A DNA stretch of 64,000 bases, taken from positions 10,008-74,007 of the forward strand of contig JAVCCC010000004.1 of the NCBI GenBank assembly GCA_030765785.1, written 5' to 3'. The stretch's first letter is position 1, and every line of letters starts with the position of its first letter. The translations under genes and the position numbers were made by a program. Below the pieces are notes generated by a model. It was not told the origin of the DNA. It saw only the letters and a program-made list of their open reading frames with translations, and made no database searches. Below are positions 1 to 8,592 of the stretch, one piece after another. The stretch is from Candidatus Aceula lacicola. Its GTDB lineage: Bacteria; Omnitrophota; Gorgyraeia; Zapsychrales; Aceulaceae.

Positions 1-272
1 GGGCAGGGTTCACACGTTGAATAGATAACACAACCCGACAAATCGATTGTTTTTAATTTTTTGCAGGCTAAGCGGATGGCCACAATTTCGGCGTGTGCTG
101 TGATATCTGTTGTTTTCCAAACTTTATTGTGAGCACAGGCAACGATCTTGCCTTTCTTAACAATACACGTACCAAATGGTGTTTGACCATTTAAGATGCC
201 CTTGCGCGCCATTTTAATAGCTTGGGTCATGAAGAATGCGTCTTTTATCGTAGTATTTGCGGTTCGTGCCAT
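1..272 (-). CDS. Nucleoside/guanine deaminase (cytidine deaminase-like zinc fold), 3' end outside window
   Basis: Not in the ORF track. Manual translation gives MARTANTTIKDAFFMTQAIKMARKG...PFGTCIV...TAHAEIVAIR...IYSTCEPCP, with the HAE and PCxxC zinc motifs. Alternative start at 230. Confidence 0.85.
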   Translation of the reverse strand, partial: MARTANTTIKDAFFMTQAIKMARKGILNGQTPFGTCIVKKGKIVACAHNKVWKTTDITAHAEIVAIRLACKKLKTIDLSGCVIYSTCEPC

Positions 273-694
273 GGAGATATAATTTCGAGTTTAACTTTCG
301 AAATCCCTTTCTTGATTATACCAATTTTTTTCGCTGCTGCGTAAGATAAATCAATAATTCTTCCACATTTATATGGACCGCGATCATTGATACGAACAAC
401 AACAAATTTTTTGTTGTTCAAATTTGTAACTTTAACCATTGTTCCAAAGGCTAATGTTTTATGAGCGGCAGTATAAGCCTCTTTATCGTAAGGTTGGCCG
501 CTGGCTGTTATTCTTCCACTAATTTTTCCGTACCAAGAGGCTATTCCAACGCGACTTTCGCAAGTTGCATAAAAAACATAAATTAAAATAGCAATAATAA
601 GAATAATGGCGAATTTTGTAAATTTCGGATTCGAGGTGAAATATTTAATTCCAAGTAAACATTTGGTGAAGGAAGAAATTTCTTTTTGTTTCAT
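245..694 (-). CDS. rlpA: RlpA-family lytic transglycosylase (DPBB domain)
   Basis: GIASWYG, TAAHKTLAFGT, VVRINDRGP and RIIDLSYAAA motifs; N-terminal TM segment. Confidence 0.9.
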   Translation of the reverse strand: MKQKEISSFTKCLLGIKYFTSNPKFTKFAIILIIAILIYVFYATCESRVGIASWYGKISGRITASGQPYDKEAYTAAHKTLAFGTMVKVTNLNNKKFVVVRINDRGPYKCGRIIDLSYAAAKKIGIIKKGISKVKLEIISPWHEPQILR

Positions 695-858
695 TTTGGT
701 TGACGTAAGACCTTTTCAATTAAAATACGTAGCTGGTTAACCACAGATCGTGGCAAACGAAATTGTGTCCGCAAAGCTGGTGTTGAAATTGTAAATTCAA
801 AAAGATTAGGATTGTCGGGAACTTTTTGAATATTAACATTCATTGGTAACTGCGCCAT
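691..858 (-). CDS. Small hypothetical protein (55 aa)
   Basis: Manual translation MAQLPMNVNIQKVPDNPNLFEFTISTPALRTQFRLPRSVVNQLRILIEKVLRQPK. GGAGG RBS upstream; its TGA overlaps the rlpA ATG (ATGA); fills the mtaB-rlpA gap. Confidence 0.75.
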   Translation of the reverse strand: MAQLPMNVNIQKVPDNPNLFEFTISTPALRTQFRLPRSVVNQLRILIEKVLRQPK

Positions 859-872
859 ATCTGTCCTCCATT

Positions 873-2156
873 TTATTCAAGTTGGCCGATGAGAGAATTA
901 TCTTTTATGCTGTTAAGACGAACACGACAAATTTGATTACGCAGATCTTTGCTAGATGAAACGAAAACGCGCAAATAGTTATCAGTAAGACCTGTCCACA
1001 TTTCATTCTTTTGTTCTTCAAAGAGAACTTTTTGTCGAGTTCCTAAGAATTTCTCTATAAATAATTTCTTTTTTCTGTCGCTTAAATCGCGTAAAGCTTT
1101 GCTGCGCTTAGCAATTGTTTTTTTATCAATTTGGTTTGGAAAATCTTTACTTTTGGCAAACTTTCGATTGGAATAGCTAAATGTATGAAAGTAAGCAAGT
1201 GGTGCTTGCTCAAAGAATTCATATGTCTCTTCGAAAAAATGATCTGTTTCACCAGGAAATCCAACAATCACATCGGCACCAATACATATTTCAGGAACAT
1301 TTTGTATTGCAAACTGCATAAATAAATCAAGATCGGCTGAGGTATAGCGACGTTTCATCGAAAATAAGATTTTATCACAGGCGCTTTGAATTGGAATGTG
1401 AAGATATCGGCAAAGTTTCGTGTTTGATGCCATTAAAAGAATAAGATCGTGCGGAATGGTATTTGGTTCAATGGATGAAATGCGAATTCGTTCAATGCCG
1501 TCCACAGGTAGAAGTTTTTTTATGACATCATTTATCATTTTCTTTTCAAAATGATATGCCCCAATATTAATGCCGGTGAGCACAATTTCCTTGTGATTGA
1601 ATGCTCCTAAAAGTTTTGCTTCTTTTATAATATCGTCAAATTTACGACTACGGGCATTTCCTCGCGCATATGGTATTTCGCAGTATGAGCAATAAGAATC
1701 GCAACCATCTTGAATCTTAATATTGGCTCGCGTTCGCTTAGCGCTTGCTCCTGAGGCGGGCATGGTAAAAGGTTTTGACGGAATTGGCGTAACTAAAATC
1801 TTTTGTTTTTGATTTTCAGGATCAGTAATAATTTCTGGTAATGTCATTTTTTTTGCATTACCGACAACCCATTGAACGTTTGAGAATTCTTTTAGTTCCT
1901 CTTTTTGCGTTTGTGCTTGGCATCCGATTAACGCGATTTTGACATTTGCGTTTGTTCGACAAATTTTATTAACCAACCGCCGCGTGTCCGAGTCCCCTTT
2001 TTCAGTAACGGTGCAGGTGTTGATCACCGCAATGTCAGATTTTTGATTTTCAGGAATAATTTTAAATCCGCGCTCTTTGCAGAGATTCTCAAGAACAGCG
2101 GTTTCGGATTGATTGGAACGGCATCCTAAGGTGTAGAATGAAATCGTTTTTTTCAT
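873..2156 (-). CDS. mtaB: tRNA t6A37 methylthiotransferase (radical SAM)
   Basis: TLGCRSNQSE, INTCTVT, KIQDGCDSYCSYC and IPYARG motifs; C-terminal TRAM domain with GLTDNY. Confidence 0.9.
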   Translation of the reverse strand: MKKTISFYTLGCRSNQSETAVLENLCKERGFKIIPENQKSDIAVINTCTVTEKGDSDTRRLVNKICRTNANVKIALIGCQAQTQKEELKEFSNVQWVVGNAKKMTLPEIITDPENQKQKILVTPIPSKPFTMPASGASAKRTRANIKIQDGCDSYCSYCEIPYARGNARSRKFDDIIKEAKLLGAFNHKEIVLTGINIGAYHFEKKMINDVIKKLLPVDGIERIRISSIEPNTIPHDLILLMASNTKLCRYLHIPIQSACDKILFSMKRRYTSADLDLFMQFAIQNVPEICIGADVIVGFPGETDHFFEETYEFFEQAPLAYFHTFSYSNRKFAKSKDFPNQIDKKTIAKRSKALRDLSDRKKKLFIEKFLGTRQKVLFEEQKNEMWTGLTDNYLRVFVSSSKDLRNQICRVRLNSIKDNSLIGQLE

Positions 2157-2162
2157 AATACT

Positions 2163-2190
2163 AGTATACTAATTTATATTAAGGATTCAA
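2163..2190 (-). promoter_or_regulatory. sigma70-type promoter of mtaB, probably leaderless
   Basis: TTGAAT-16nt-TATACT-6nt-ATG, no Shine-Dalgarno. Confidence 0.55.
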
Positions 2191-2222
2191 CATCATTCTT
2201 ATTGAATTTTTCTCAACTAGAG

Positions 2223-2250
2223 TTGCATGTTTATAGGAATTCGCTATAAT
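2223..2250 (+). promoter_or_regulatory. sigma70-type promoter of dusB, probably leaderless
   Basis: TTGCAT-16nt-TATAAT-7nt-ATG(2258). Confidence 0.6.
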
Positions 2251-2257
2251 GACCATT

Positions 2258-3208
2258 ATGAAAATAGGAAACATTGAAATAGACAAGCCTATTTCGCTTG
2301 CGCCGATGGAAGATATTTCGGATACGCCGTTTCGTTTAATTTGCAAACGATTGGGTGCGGATTTGCTTTACACGGAATTTACAAGTAGCGAGGCGCTCAT
2401 TCGAAATGTTAAAAGTGCTTTTCACAAAGTTACGGTTCGAGATGAAGAGCGCCCCGTTGGGATACAAATTTTTGGTAGCCGCCCTCTCTCGATGCAAAAA
2501 GCAGCACAGGTTGTGGAAGAAGCTCGACCGGATTTTATTGATATCAATTGCGGGTGTTGGGTAAAAAATCTTGTGGCGCGCGGTGAAGGTGCTGGACTTT
2601 TGAAAGACTTGAAACGACTTGAAGAAATTGTGAAAATCGTCGTTGATGCGGTCCAGTGTCCTGTTACGGTCAAGACGCGACTTGGATGGGATAAGGAAAA
2701 TATCGTTATTTTAGAAGTTGCAAAAATGGTTGAACAAGCGGGTGCCAAGGCTCTGACCGTTCATTGTCGTACGCGCACACAAGCCTTTAAAGGGACTGCG
2801 GATTGGTCTTGGCTTGAAAAAATTAAAAAAAATATTTCCATTCCTTTGATAGGAAATGGAGATATTTTAACTCCAAAGGATGCGAAGACTGTTTTTGAAA
2901 CAGGCTGCGACGGTATTATGATTGGTCGAGGTGCGGTCACGAATCCGTGGATTTTTAAACAAATAAAATATTTCTTGGAAACGGGTGAATATCTTCCCGA
3001 AGCTTCCTTCCGGGAGCGTATCGAATTGTGCATTGAGCACTTGAAGCTTTCTGTTGATTTTAAGGGTGAGTATCGAGGGGTTAATGATTTTAGAAAACAT
3101 TACGCAGGATATCTTCGCGATCATCCTGGTGTTTCAAAACTTCGTGCTGAACTTGTCACAATCAAGCAATCACAACAAATCATAGACCGGCTGCAGCTTC
3201 TTCTTTAA
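2258..3208 (+). CDS. dusB: tRNA-dihydrouridine synthase
   Basis: LAPMED, DINCGC, VTVKTRLGWD, IGNGDI and MIGRGA motifs. Start moved to MKIGN (2258) because the ATG at 2249 overlaps the -10 box. Confidence 0.9.
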   Translation: MKIGNIEIDKPISLAPMEDISDTPFRLICKRLGADLLYTEFTSSEALIRNVKSAFHKVTVRDEERPVGIQIFGSRPLSMQKAAQVVEEARPDFIDINCGCWVKNLVARGEGAGLLKDLKRLEEIVKIVVDAVQCPVTVKTRLGWDKENIVILEVAKMVEQAGAKALTVHCRTRTQAFKGTADWSWLEKIKKNISIPLIGNGDILTPKDAKTVFETGCDGIMIGRGAVTNPWIFKQIKYFLETGEYLPEASFRERIELCIEHLKLSVDFKGEYRGVNDFRKHYAGYLRDHPGVSKLRAELVTIKQSQQIIDRLQLLL

Positions 3209-4515
3209 ATATTTTTATTTGGTTTAATTTTATCGGAAAAACGTTCGTTGATTTTTAGAATCTCTGGAAAAATTTCTTTAAATTTATCGACGAGTTTTGG
3301 GTCAAAAAATGTTCCTCTTAGAGATTCGATCTCTTTTAAAGCGTCGTGTGCAGACCATGCCTTTTTGTAAGGCCTGTTGGAGGTAAGCGCGTCAAAGACA
3401 TCGCAAAGACAAACGATGCGAGCCAATACAGGAATTGATTCTGTTTTTAATCCTTTTGGGTAACCTGAGCCATCCCATTTTTCATGATGCAAAAGAGCGA
3501 TGTCTTTGGCTGTTTCGAGTAAAGGAGATTTATCTTCTTCAAGAATCTCTGCGCCAATGGTTGTGTGCGTTTTCATGACTTCCCATTCTTGAGGATCTAA
3601 TTTTCCCGGCTTCAAGAGAATTGAATCAGGAATCCCAATCTTGCCAATGTCATGCATTTGACTTGCATAAAAAAGAAGCTCAGAACCTTTTTTTTCTATT
3701 TCAATAGCGCGCGCTAAAAGAGCGCAATAGTAACTTATGCGTTTAATATGTTGCCCTGTTTCACAGTCACGGTATTCCGCAGCGCTACCGAGCATATGAA
3801 TAATTTCATGTTGTGTCTCCTGAAGCTCAGTGGTTCTTTCTTTGACTAAATGTTCTAAATTTTCTTTGTGTGATTTTAGGCTTTCGGAATGAAAAAAGTT
3901 TTTTCGCGCAAAAAGTTCGAGCCAGTAACAGACATACATGCCAATAAGATTTGCCATCACAAGAAAAAACGTATTGGTAACGAGTGTTTGCAATGGAACA
4001 GGGTTAACCCAAATGGCGACTGCTTCATAAAACAGAATAATAAACAAGCCTGCTAAAGATGCCCAAATGAATCGAGCACGCATAACCGCGTATCCATATA
4101 AAAAAATAGTAAGAAGACTTGCGTTCGGCGTGTACGCAAAAGAGCTTGGCAAGATAGCAAATTTAGAAACAACACCAATGCCACAAGCCATGATGCCCAA
4201 AAAAATGGCAAAGCTGACATATCTTTTTGGATTCTTTAAAAACGTAAACAAAATAGATGCAATCATGACCGGCCAAATAATAACATATCGCAACATCAAA
4301 AGTCGCCAGACAAGCTCTTGCGGATAAAACCAAATTTCAAGAAGGCCAAAAAGTCCCCAGACAAGAACTCCCAAAAGCATTGAGATTCTCATGTTAGCCA
4401 AGTAATGAGTAAAGTAAAAGTTAAGAAATTGTTGCTCTAGCGCGCCCTTAAAAGAAAGCGTAAAACGATGAATGGGGATTGAATGACCCTCTGAGTATTG
4501 ATCCTTAAATTGCAT
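3205..4515 (-). CDS. Membrane-anchored (about 6 TM) HD-GYP cyclic-dinucleotide phosphodiesterase
   Basis: Hydrophobic N-terminal half; HDIGKIGIPD and HHEKWDGSGYP motifs. Confidence 0.85.
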   Translation of the reverse strand: MQFKDQYSEGHSIPIHRFTLSFKGALEQQFLNFYFTHYLANMRISMLLGVLVWGLFGLLEIWFYPQELVWRLLMLRYVIIWPVMIASILFTFLKNPKRYVSFAIFLGIMACGIGVVSKFAILPSSFAYTPNASLLTIFLYGYAVMRARFIWASLAGLFIILFYEAVAIWVNPVPLQTLVTNTFFLVMANLIGMYVCYWLELFARKNFFHSESLKSHKENLEHLVKERTTELQETQHEIIHMLGSAAEYRDCETGQHIKRISYYCALLARAIEIEKKGSELLFYASQMHDIGKIGIPDSILLKPGKLDPQEWEVMKTHTTIGAEILEEDKSPLLETAKDIALLHHEKWDGSGYPKGLKTESIPVLARIVCLCDVFDALTSNRPYKKAWSAHDALKEIESLRGTFFDPKLVDKFKEIFPEILKINERFSDKIKPNKNI

Positions 4516-4591
4516 TGTTATCCATTGTATTGGTTATAGTTACGATTTAGAAATTATAGCACATTTTTCTTAAAACAACAAAATCTAAGCA

Positions 4592-4620
4592 TTGACAGCG
4601 TAAAACTTCGAATCTATAAT
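4592..4620 (+). promoter_or_regulatory. Consensus sigma70 promoter of the ABC-gsh operon, probably leaderless
   Basis: Perfect TTGACA-17nt-TATAAT followed by 7 nt and ATG(4628). Confidence 0.75.
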
Positions 4621-4627
4621 GGCCATC

Positions 4628-5368
4628 ATGAGAAATTCAGATATTGCTATTTCAATCAAGAATTTAAGCAAATTTTACGGGTCTTTTCAGGCTTTAAAGG
4701 ATATCTCTTTTGACGTTGAAAGAGGAAGCTTTTTTGGATTTTTAGGTCCTAATGGTGCTGGAAAGACAACAACGATTAACGTTTTGACAGGACTTTCAAA
4801 TTATAGCTCGGGATCTGTTGATGTGTTTGGTTTTGGCGTTACAAGTGAATATCAAAAAACGAGACCCTTAATCGGTCTTTGTGCACAAGAATTTAATTTT
4901 GATCCCTTCCTTTCGCTTGAGCAGATGCTCGTTTATCAGGCTGGTTACTTTGGTATTTCAGAGCCACAAGCGAAAAGGCGAGCCAATGAACTTTTAGATC
5001 GATTTCAATTGTCTGAAAAGAAATCTGTGAAATATCGAGCCCTTTCAGGAGGAATGAAGAAGCGTCTCTTGTTGTGCCGTGCATTGATTCATGATCCTGA
5101 AATTTTGATTTTAGATGAGCCGACAGCCGGCTGTGATTTGGAACTTCGTTTTTTGATTTGGGATTATCTCGCTGAGTTGAACAAAGAAGGAAAAACAATT
5201 TTTTTAACAACGCATTATATGGAAGAAGCAGAAAAGTTGTGCAAAACCATTGGCATTATTCATAATGGTGAGATTGTTCAGATTGGTGAAAAAGAAAAAG
5301 TGATGAAAGAAAAAACACTGCAAGATGTCTTTTTAGAATTAACGAATTATCGGGAAAAAATATGCTGA
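4628..5368 (+). CDS. ABC-2 type exporter ATP-binding protein (YadG-like)
   Basis: Walker A GPNGAGKTT, LSGGM signature, ILDEPT and TTHY motifs. Confidence 0.9.
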   Translation: MRNSDIAISIKNLSKFYGSFQALKDISFDVERGSFFGFLGPNGAGKTTTINVLTGLSNYSSGSVDVFGFGVTSEYQKTRPLIGLCAQEFNFDPFLSLEQMLVYQAGYFGISEPQAKRRANELLDRFQLSEKKSVKYRALSGGMKKRLLLCRALIHDPEILILDEPTAGCDLELRFLIWDYLAELNKEGKTIFLTTHYMEEAEKLCKTIGIIHNGEIVQIGEKEKVMKEKTLQDVFLELTNYREKIC

Positions 5369-6135
5369 TTAGTAATCCAACTGGAATTTTAGCTTTAATC
5401 AAAAGAGAGGTGATGCGATTTCTTTCGGTGGCCACTCAAACATTGTTTCCGCCGATGATTTCTTCTATTTTGTTCATTTGTATTTTTGGGCTTGCGTTGG
5501 GAAAGCGCATTGATTTAAGCGAAAGTGGCATTACGTATATCGCGTTTATTATTCCTGGGTTGATGACCATGAATGCCATTACAAGTTCGTATGAAAATGC
5601 GAGCTCGTCATTATTTATCTCTAGATGGCATAACCATATTCAAGAAGTCTTGCTTTCCCCCTTGTCCTATTTTGAAATGGTTCTAGGAATTTTGGTCGGG
5701 AGCCTGGTGCGTTCTCTTCTTGTGGTTAGTGGTGTCCTTGCGATATCTTTGACTTTTAACCCAATGCCGATTGCGCATCCATTTTTAATGATTTATTTTA
5801 TGGTGATTATTCCTATTATTTTTTCTTGTGCTGGAATGTTGGCTGCTCTTTGGGCTGAGGATTTTAATATGCTCACGATGTGGAACACGTATTTGATTAT
5901 GCCGTTGACTTTTTTAGGTGGCGTGTTTCATCCCATTCATTTAATTCCAGCCCAGTTTCGATTTTTCACAAAATTAAATCCAATGTACTATTTGGTTAAC
6001 GGAATGCGTCACAGCGTTATTGGCGTCTCAGACACCCAAGTTATGCACAGCATCGCTGTTTCTCTTGCGCTTGCTATCGTAATGTTTTTAACGACCGTGT
6101 ATTTGTTTCGTATCGGATATAAGCTGAGAACATAA
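5362..6135 (+). CDS. ABC-2 type exporter permease (YadH-like)
   Basis: About 6 TM segments; FIIPGL, LLSPLS, PLTFLGGVF and LNPMYYLVNGMR motifs. Confidence 0.88.
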   Translation: MLISNPTGILALIKREVMRFLSVATQTLFPPMISSILFICIFGLALGKRIDLSESGITYIAFIIPGLMTMNAITSSYENASSSLFISRWHNHIQEVLLSPLSYFEMVLGILVGSLVRSLLVVSGVLAISLTFNPMPIAHPFLMIYFMVIIPIIFSCAGMLAALWAEDFNMLTMWNTYLIMPLTFLGGVFHPIHLIPAQFRFFTKLNPMYYLVNGMRHSVIGVSDTQVMHSIAVSLALAIVMFLTTVYLFRIGYKLRT

Positions 6136-6137
6136 TT

Positions 6138-7391
6138 ATGGATTCTTTAATTCAAAAAGTTTTAGATAGCCAAAAAAAAATTTATGAATGGATTCGCGAA
6201 TCGGAATCCTTAAGGGAGCTTCCTCTTTATTCTTCTGTGGATATTCGAAACTCTGGATTTAAAATGGCTGTTGTGGATACAAACTTATTTCCGGCAGGGT
6301 TTAATAATATTTGCGAGCACGGAGTTTCGGACGCAGCGTTGTTTATAAAAAAAGCGATTTCAAAGCGCGTCACCAACGGGAAAAATATTTTGATTGTTGC
6401 CGAGGAACACACACGAAATACGTGGTATTTTGAAAATATTCGAGTTTTAAAAGAGATCATTGAAAAAGCCGGATACGCTGCGACGATTGCAACATTTTTA
6501 ACAATTCATCCGTCTTTCTGTGAAAATGCCAATGCGGTTGAACTTGAAACTGCTACAGGAAAAACAATTAAGATTTATTGTTTTAAAAAGATTTTGGCGG
6601 AAATTAAGTCTGGGAATAAGAATTTTGATTTGATTATTCTTAATAATGATTTAACTTCTGGGGTTCCAGATGTTTTGCGCGAAGCACACATTCCCATTTA
6701 TCCTTCTCTTCAGGCGGGATGGCACGCCAGATCAAAGTCTAGCCATTTTAAACATAATCATGATTTGATTAAGGAATTTTCAAAAATTATTGATGTGGAT
6801 CCGTGGCTCCTTTCTTGCTTTGATGACGTTATAACCGATGTCAATATTAACAATGAACAAGATCGATCACGTTTAATGGGAGTTGCTTCAAATTTATTTG
6901 AACGTATTGAAAAAAAATATAAAGAACACAGCATTGATGAAAAGCCTTACATTTTTGTGAAATCAGATTCCGGGACATATGGCATGGGTGTCGTTCCTAT
7001 TGAAAGTCCCGAAGAAATTTTAAGTTTAAACCGAAAAAGCCGAAATAATTTATTTAAAGGAAAGGGTTCAAAGGCTGTCGATCGCTACCTTTTGCAAGAA
7101 GGTGTCTCCACCTATTATCATATTGATGAAAAGATTAGCGAGGTTTGCATTTATCAAATCGACAATAATTTGATCGGTGGATTTTATCGTTCTCACAGTG
7201 CAAAAACAAATCGAGATAATTTAAATTCAAAGGGAATGAACTTCACGACGATGTGCCCGCATCTTCGAAAATACGGGGATTGTGGAGTGCATCACGATAT
7301 GAATAGTTTTGACGTTTATCGTCTTTTAGCGCGCATTGCGGGGATTGCTGCGCATCATGAAATTCTTCAACTGGAGGCTGCTTGCAAATGA
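6138..7391 (+). CDS. gshA: Glutamate-cysteine ligase, divergent ATP-grasp-like GshA type
   Basis: PLYSSVDIRNSGFKMAVVDTNLFPAGFNN, VKSDSGTYGMGV and NLNSKGM motifs; adjacent to gshB. Confidence 0.85.
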   Translation: MDSLIQKVLDSQKKIYEWIRESESLRELPLYSSVDIRNSGFKMAVVDTNLFPAGFNNICEHGVSDAALFIKKAISKRVTNGKNILIVAEEHTRNTWYFENIRVLKEIIEKAGYAATIATFLTIHPSFCENANAVELETATGKTIKIYCFKKILAEIKSGNKNFDLIILNNDLTSGVPDVLREAHIPIYPSLQAGWHARSKSSHFKHNHDLIKEFSKIIDVDPWLLSCFDDVITDVNINNEQDRSRLMGVASNLFERIEKKYKEHSIDEKPYIFVKSDSGTYGMGVVPIESPEEILSLNRKSRNNLFKGKGSKAVDRYLLQEGVSTYYHIDEKISEVCIYQIDNNLIGGFYRSHSAKTNRDNLNSKGMNFTTMCPHLRKYGDCGVHHDMNSFDVYRLLARIAGIAAHHEILQLEAACK

Positions 7392-8344
7392 ATTTTGTAT
7401 TTTTAATGGATCCGTTGGAAACAATTAAGATTGAAAAGGACACAACCTTTGCTTTAATGCTGTGTGCTTATTTTCGAAATCATCGAACCTTTTTTTTGTC
7501 TGAAGGAAATATTTCAATTAAGGAAGGAAAAGTTTCTTTTAAAGTAACGGAGGTTGTTCCGCAAAAAGATGCGGATATGCCTTTTGTTAAGAAAGAAACC
7601 AGTGACTTGCTTGAAGATAATGTGGACGTCGTTTTTATCCGGACCGATCCTCCCTTTGATGAGTCGTATCTGATGAGCACATGGCTTTTAGATCGTCTTC
7701 CAAAACGAGTCGCGATCATTAATAGCCCGAACGGTATTCGAACAGTTAATGAAAAACTATGGGCAACGCAATTTACTTCAATTGTTCCAAAGACACTTGT
7801 AACGCGGAATAAGGATGAGTTTATTAAATTTTTGGATTTGGAAAAAGAAGTTATTATTAAGCCTGTTAATCTATTTGGCGGAATATCGATATTTCATATC
7901 CGAAAAGGTGATCTTAATGCACACGTAGCCTTTGAAACATTGAGCAATTCAGAAAAACATGAAGTTATTGTTCAGAAATATGTCAATGATGCTAAGGTTG
8001 GCGATAAACGGATTTTATTACTTGATGGTGAGCCGCTTGGGGCATTATTGCGTGTTCATGCACAAGATGATCATCGCAATAATTTCTTTTCTGGAGGCTA
8101 TGCTAAGCCAATTGATATTACAGCAAAAGATCAAAGAATTATCGAGCTTTTAAAACCTCATTTGCGTAGCCTTGGCCTTTATTTTGTTGGGATTGATATT
8201 ATTGGTGATTATCTGATTGAAGTCAATGTTACCTCTCCTACTTGCCTTCAGGAAATGAATAGATTTTATCATCAAGCGCTGGAAGATCAAGTTATTAACT
8301 TTGCAGAAGAATTAACAAAGAAATATCAAGGAAGTTTATCATGA
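7388..8344 (+). CDS. gshB: Glutathione synthetase
   Basis: FLMDP, RTDPPFD, NEKL, GDKRILL, GIDIIG and EVNVTSPT motifs; ATGA overlap with gshA. Confidence 0.93.
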   Translation: MNFVFLMDPLETIKIEKDTTFALMLCAYFRNHRTFFLSEGNISIKEGKVSFKVTEVVPQKDADMPFVKKETSDLLEDNVDVVFIRTDPPFDESYLMSTWLLDRLPKRVAIINSPNGIRTVNEKLWATQFTSIVPKTLVTRNKDEFIKFLDLEKEVIIKPVNLFGGISIFHIRKGDLNAHVAFETLSNSEKHEVIVQKYVNDAKVGDKRILLLDGEPLGALLRVHAQDDHRNNFFSGGYAKPIDITAKDQRIIELLKPHLRSLGLYFVGIDIIGDYLIEVNVTSPTCLQEMNRFYHQALEDQVINFAEELTKKYQGSLS

Positions 8345-8583
8345 AATTAACATTATATTATTTTTCTGGATGTCCATTTTGCGGGCGCGTTCTTGCGTTT
8401 GTTGAAGAACACGGCGTCTCACTTGAAAAAAGAAATATTCATGAGAGTGATGCGATTAAACAAGAACTGCTTGAGATTGGAGGAAAGTCACAGGTTCCGT
8501 GTCTTGTGGTAGAAGGAAAGCCGATTTATGAATCTATGGATATCATTGAGTGGTTGAGAGAAAATGTTGTGCGGTCGAAGTAG
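8341..8583 (+). CDS. Glutaredoxin
   Basis: CPFC active site; GGKSQVPCL and YESMDII motifs. Confidence 0.9.
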   Translation: MKLTLYYFSGCPFCGRVLAFVEEHGVSLEKRNIHESDAIKQELLEIGGKSQVPCLVVEGKPIYESMDIIEWLRENVVRSK

Positions 8584-8592
8584 TTATTTAGT

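Noticed and set aside
6171-6180. Poly-A tract in gshA as a phase-variation site
   Set aside because: The frame is intact, and such A-runs are expected at this AT content.
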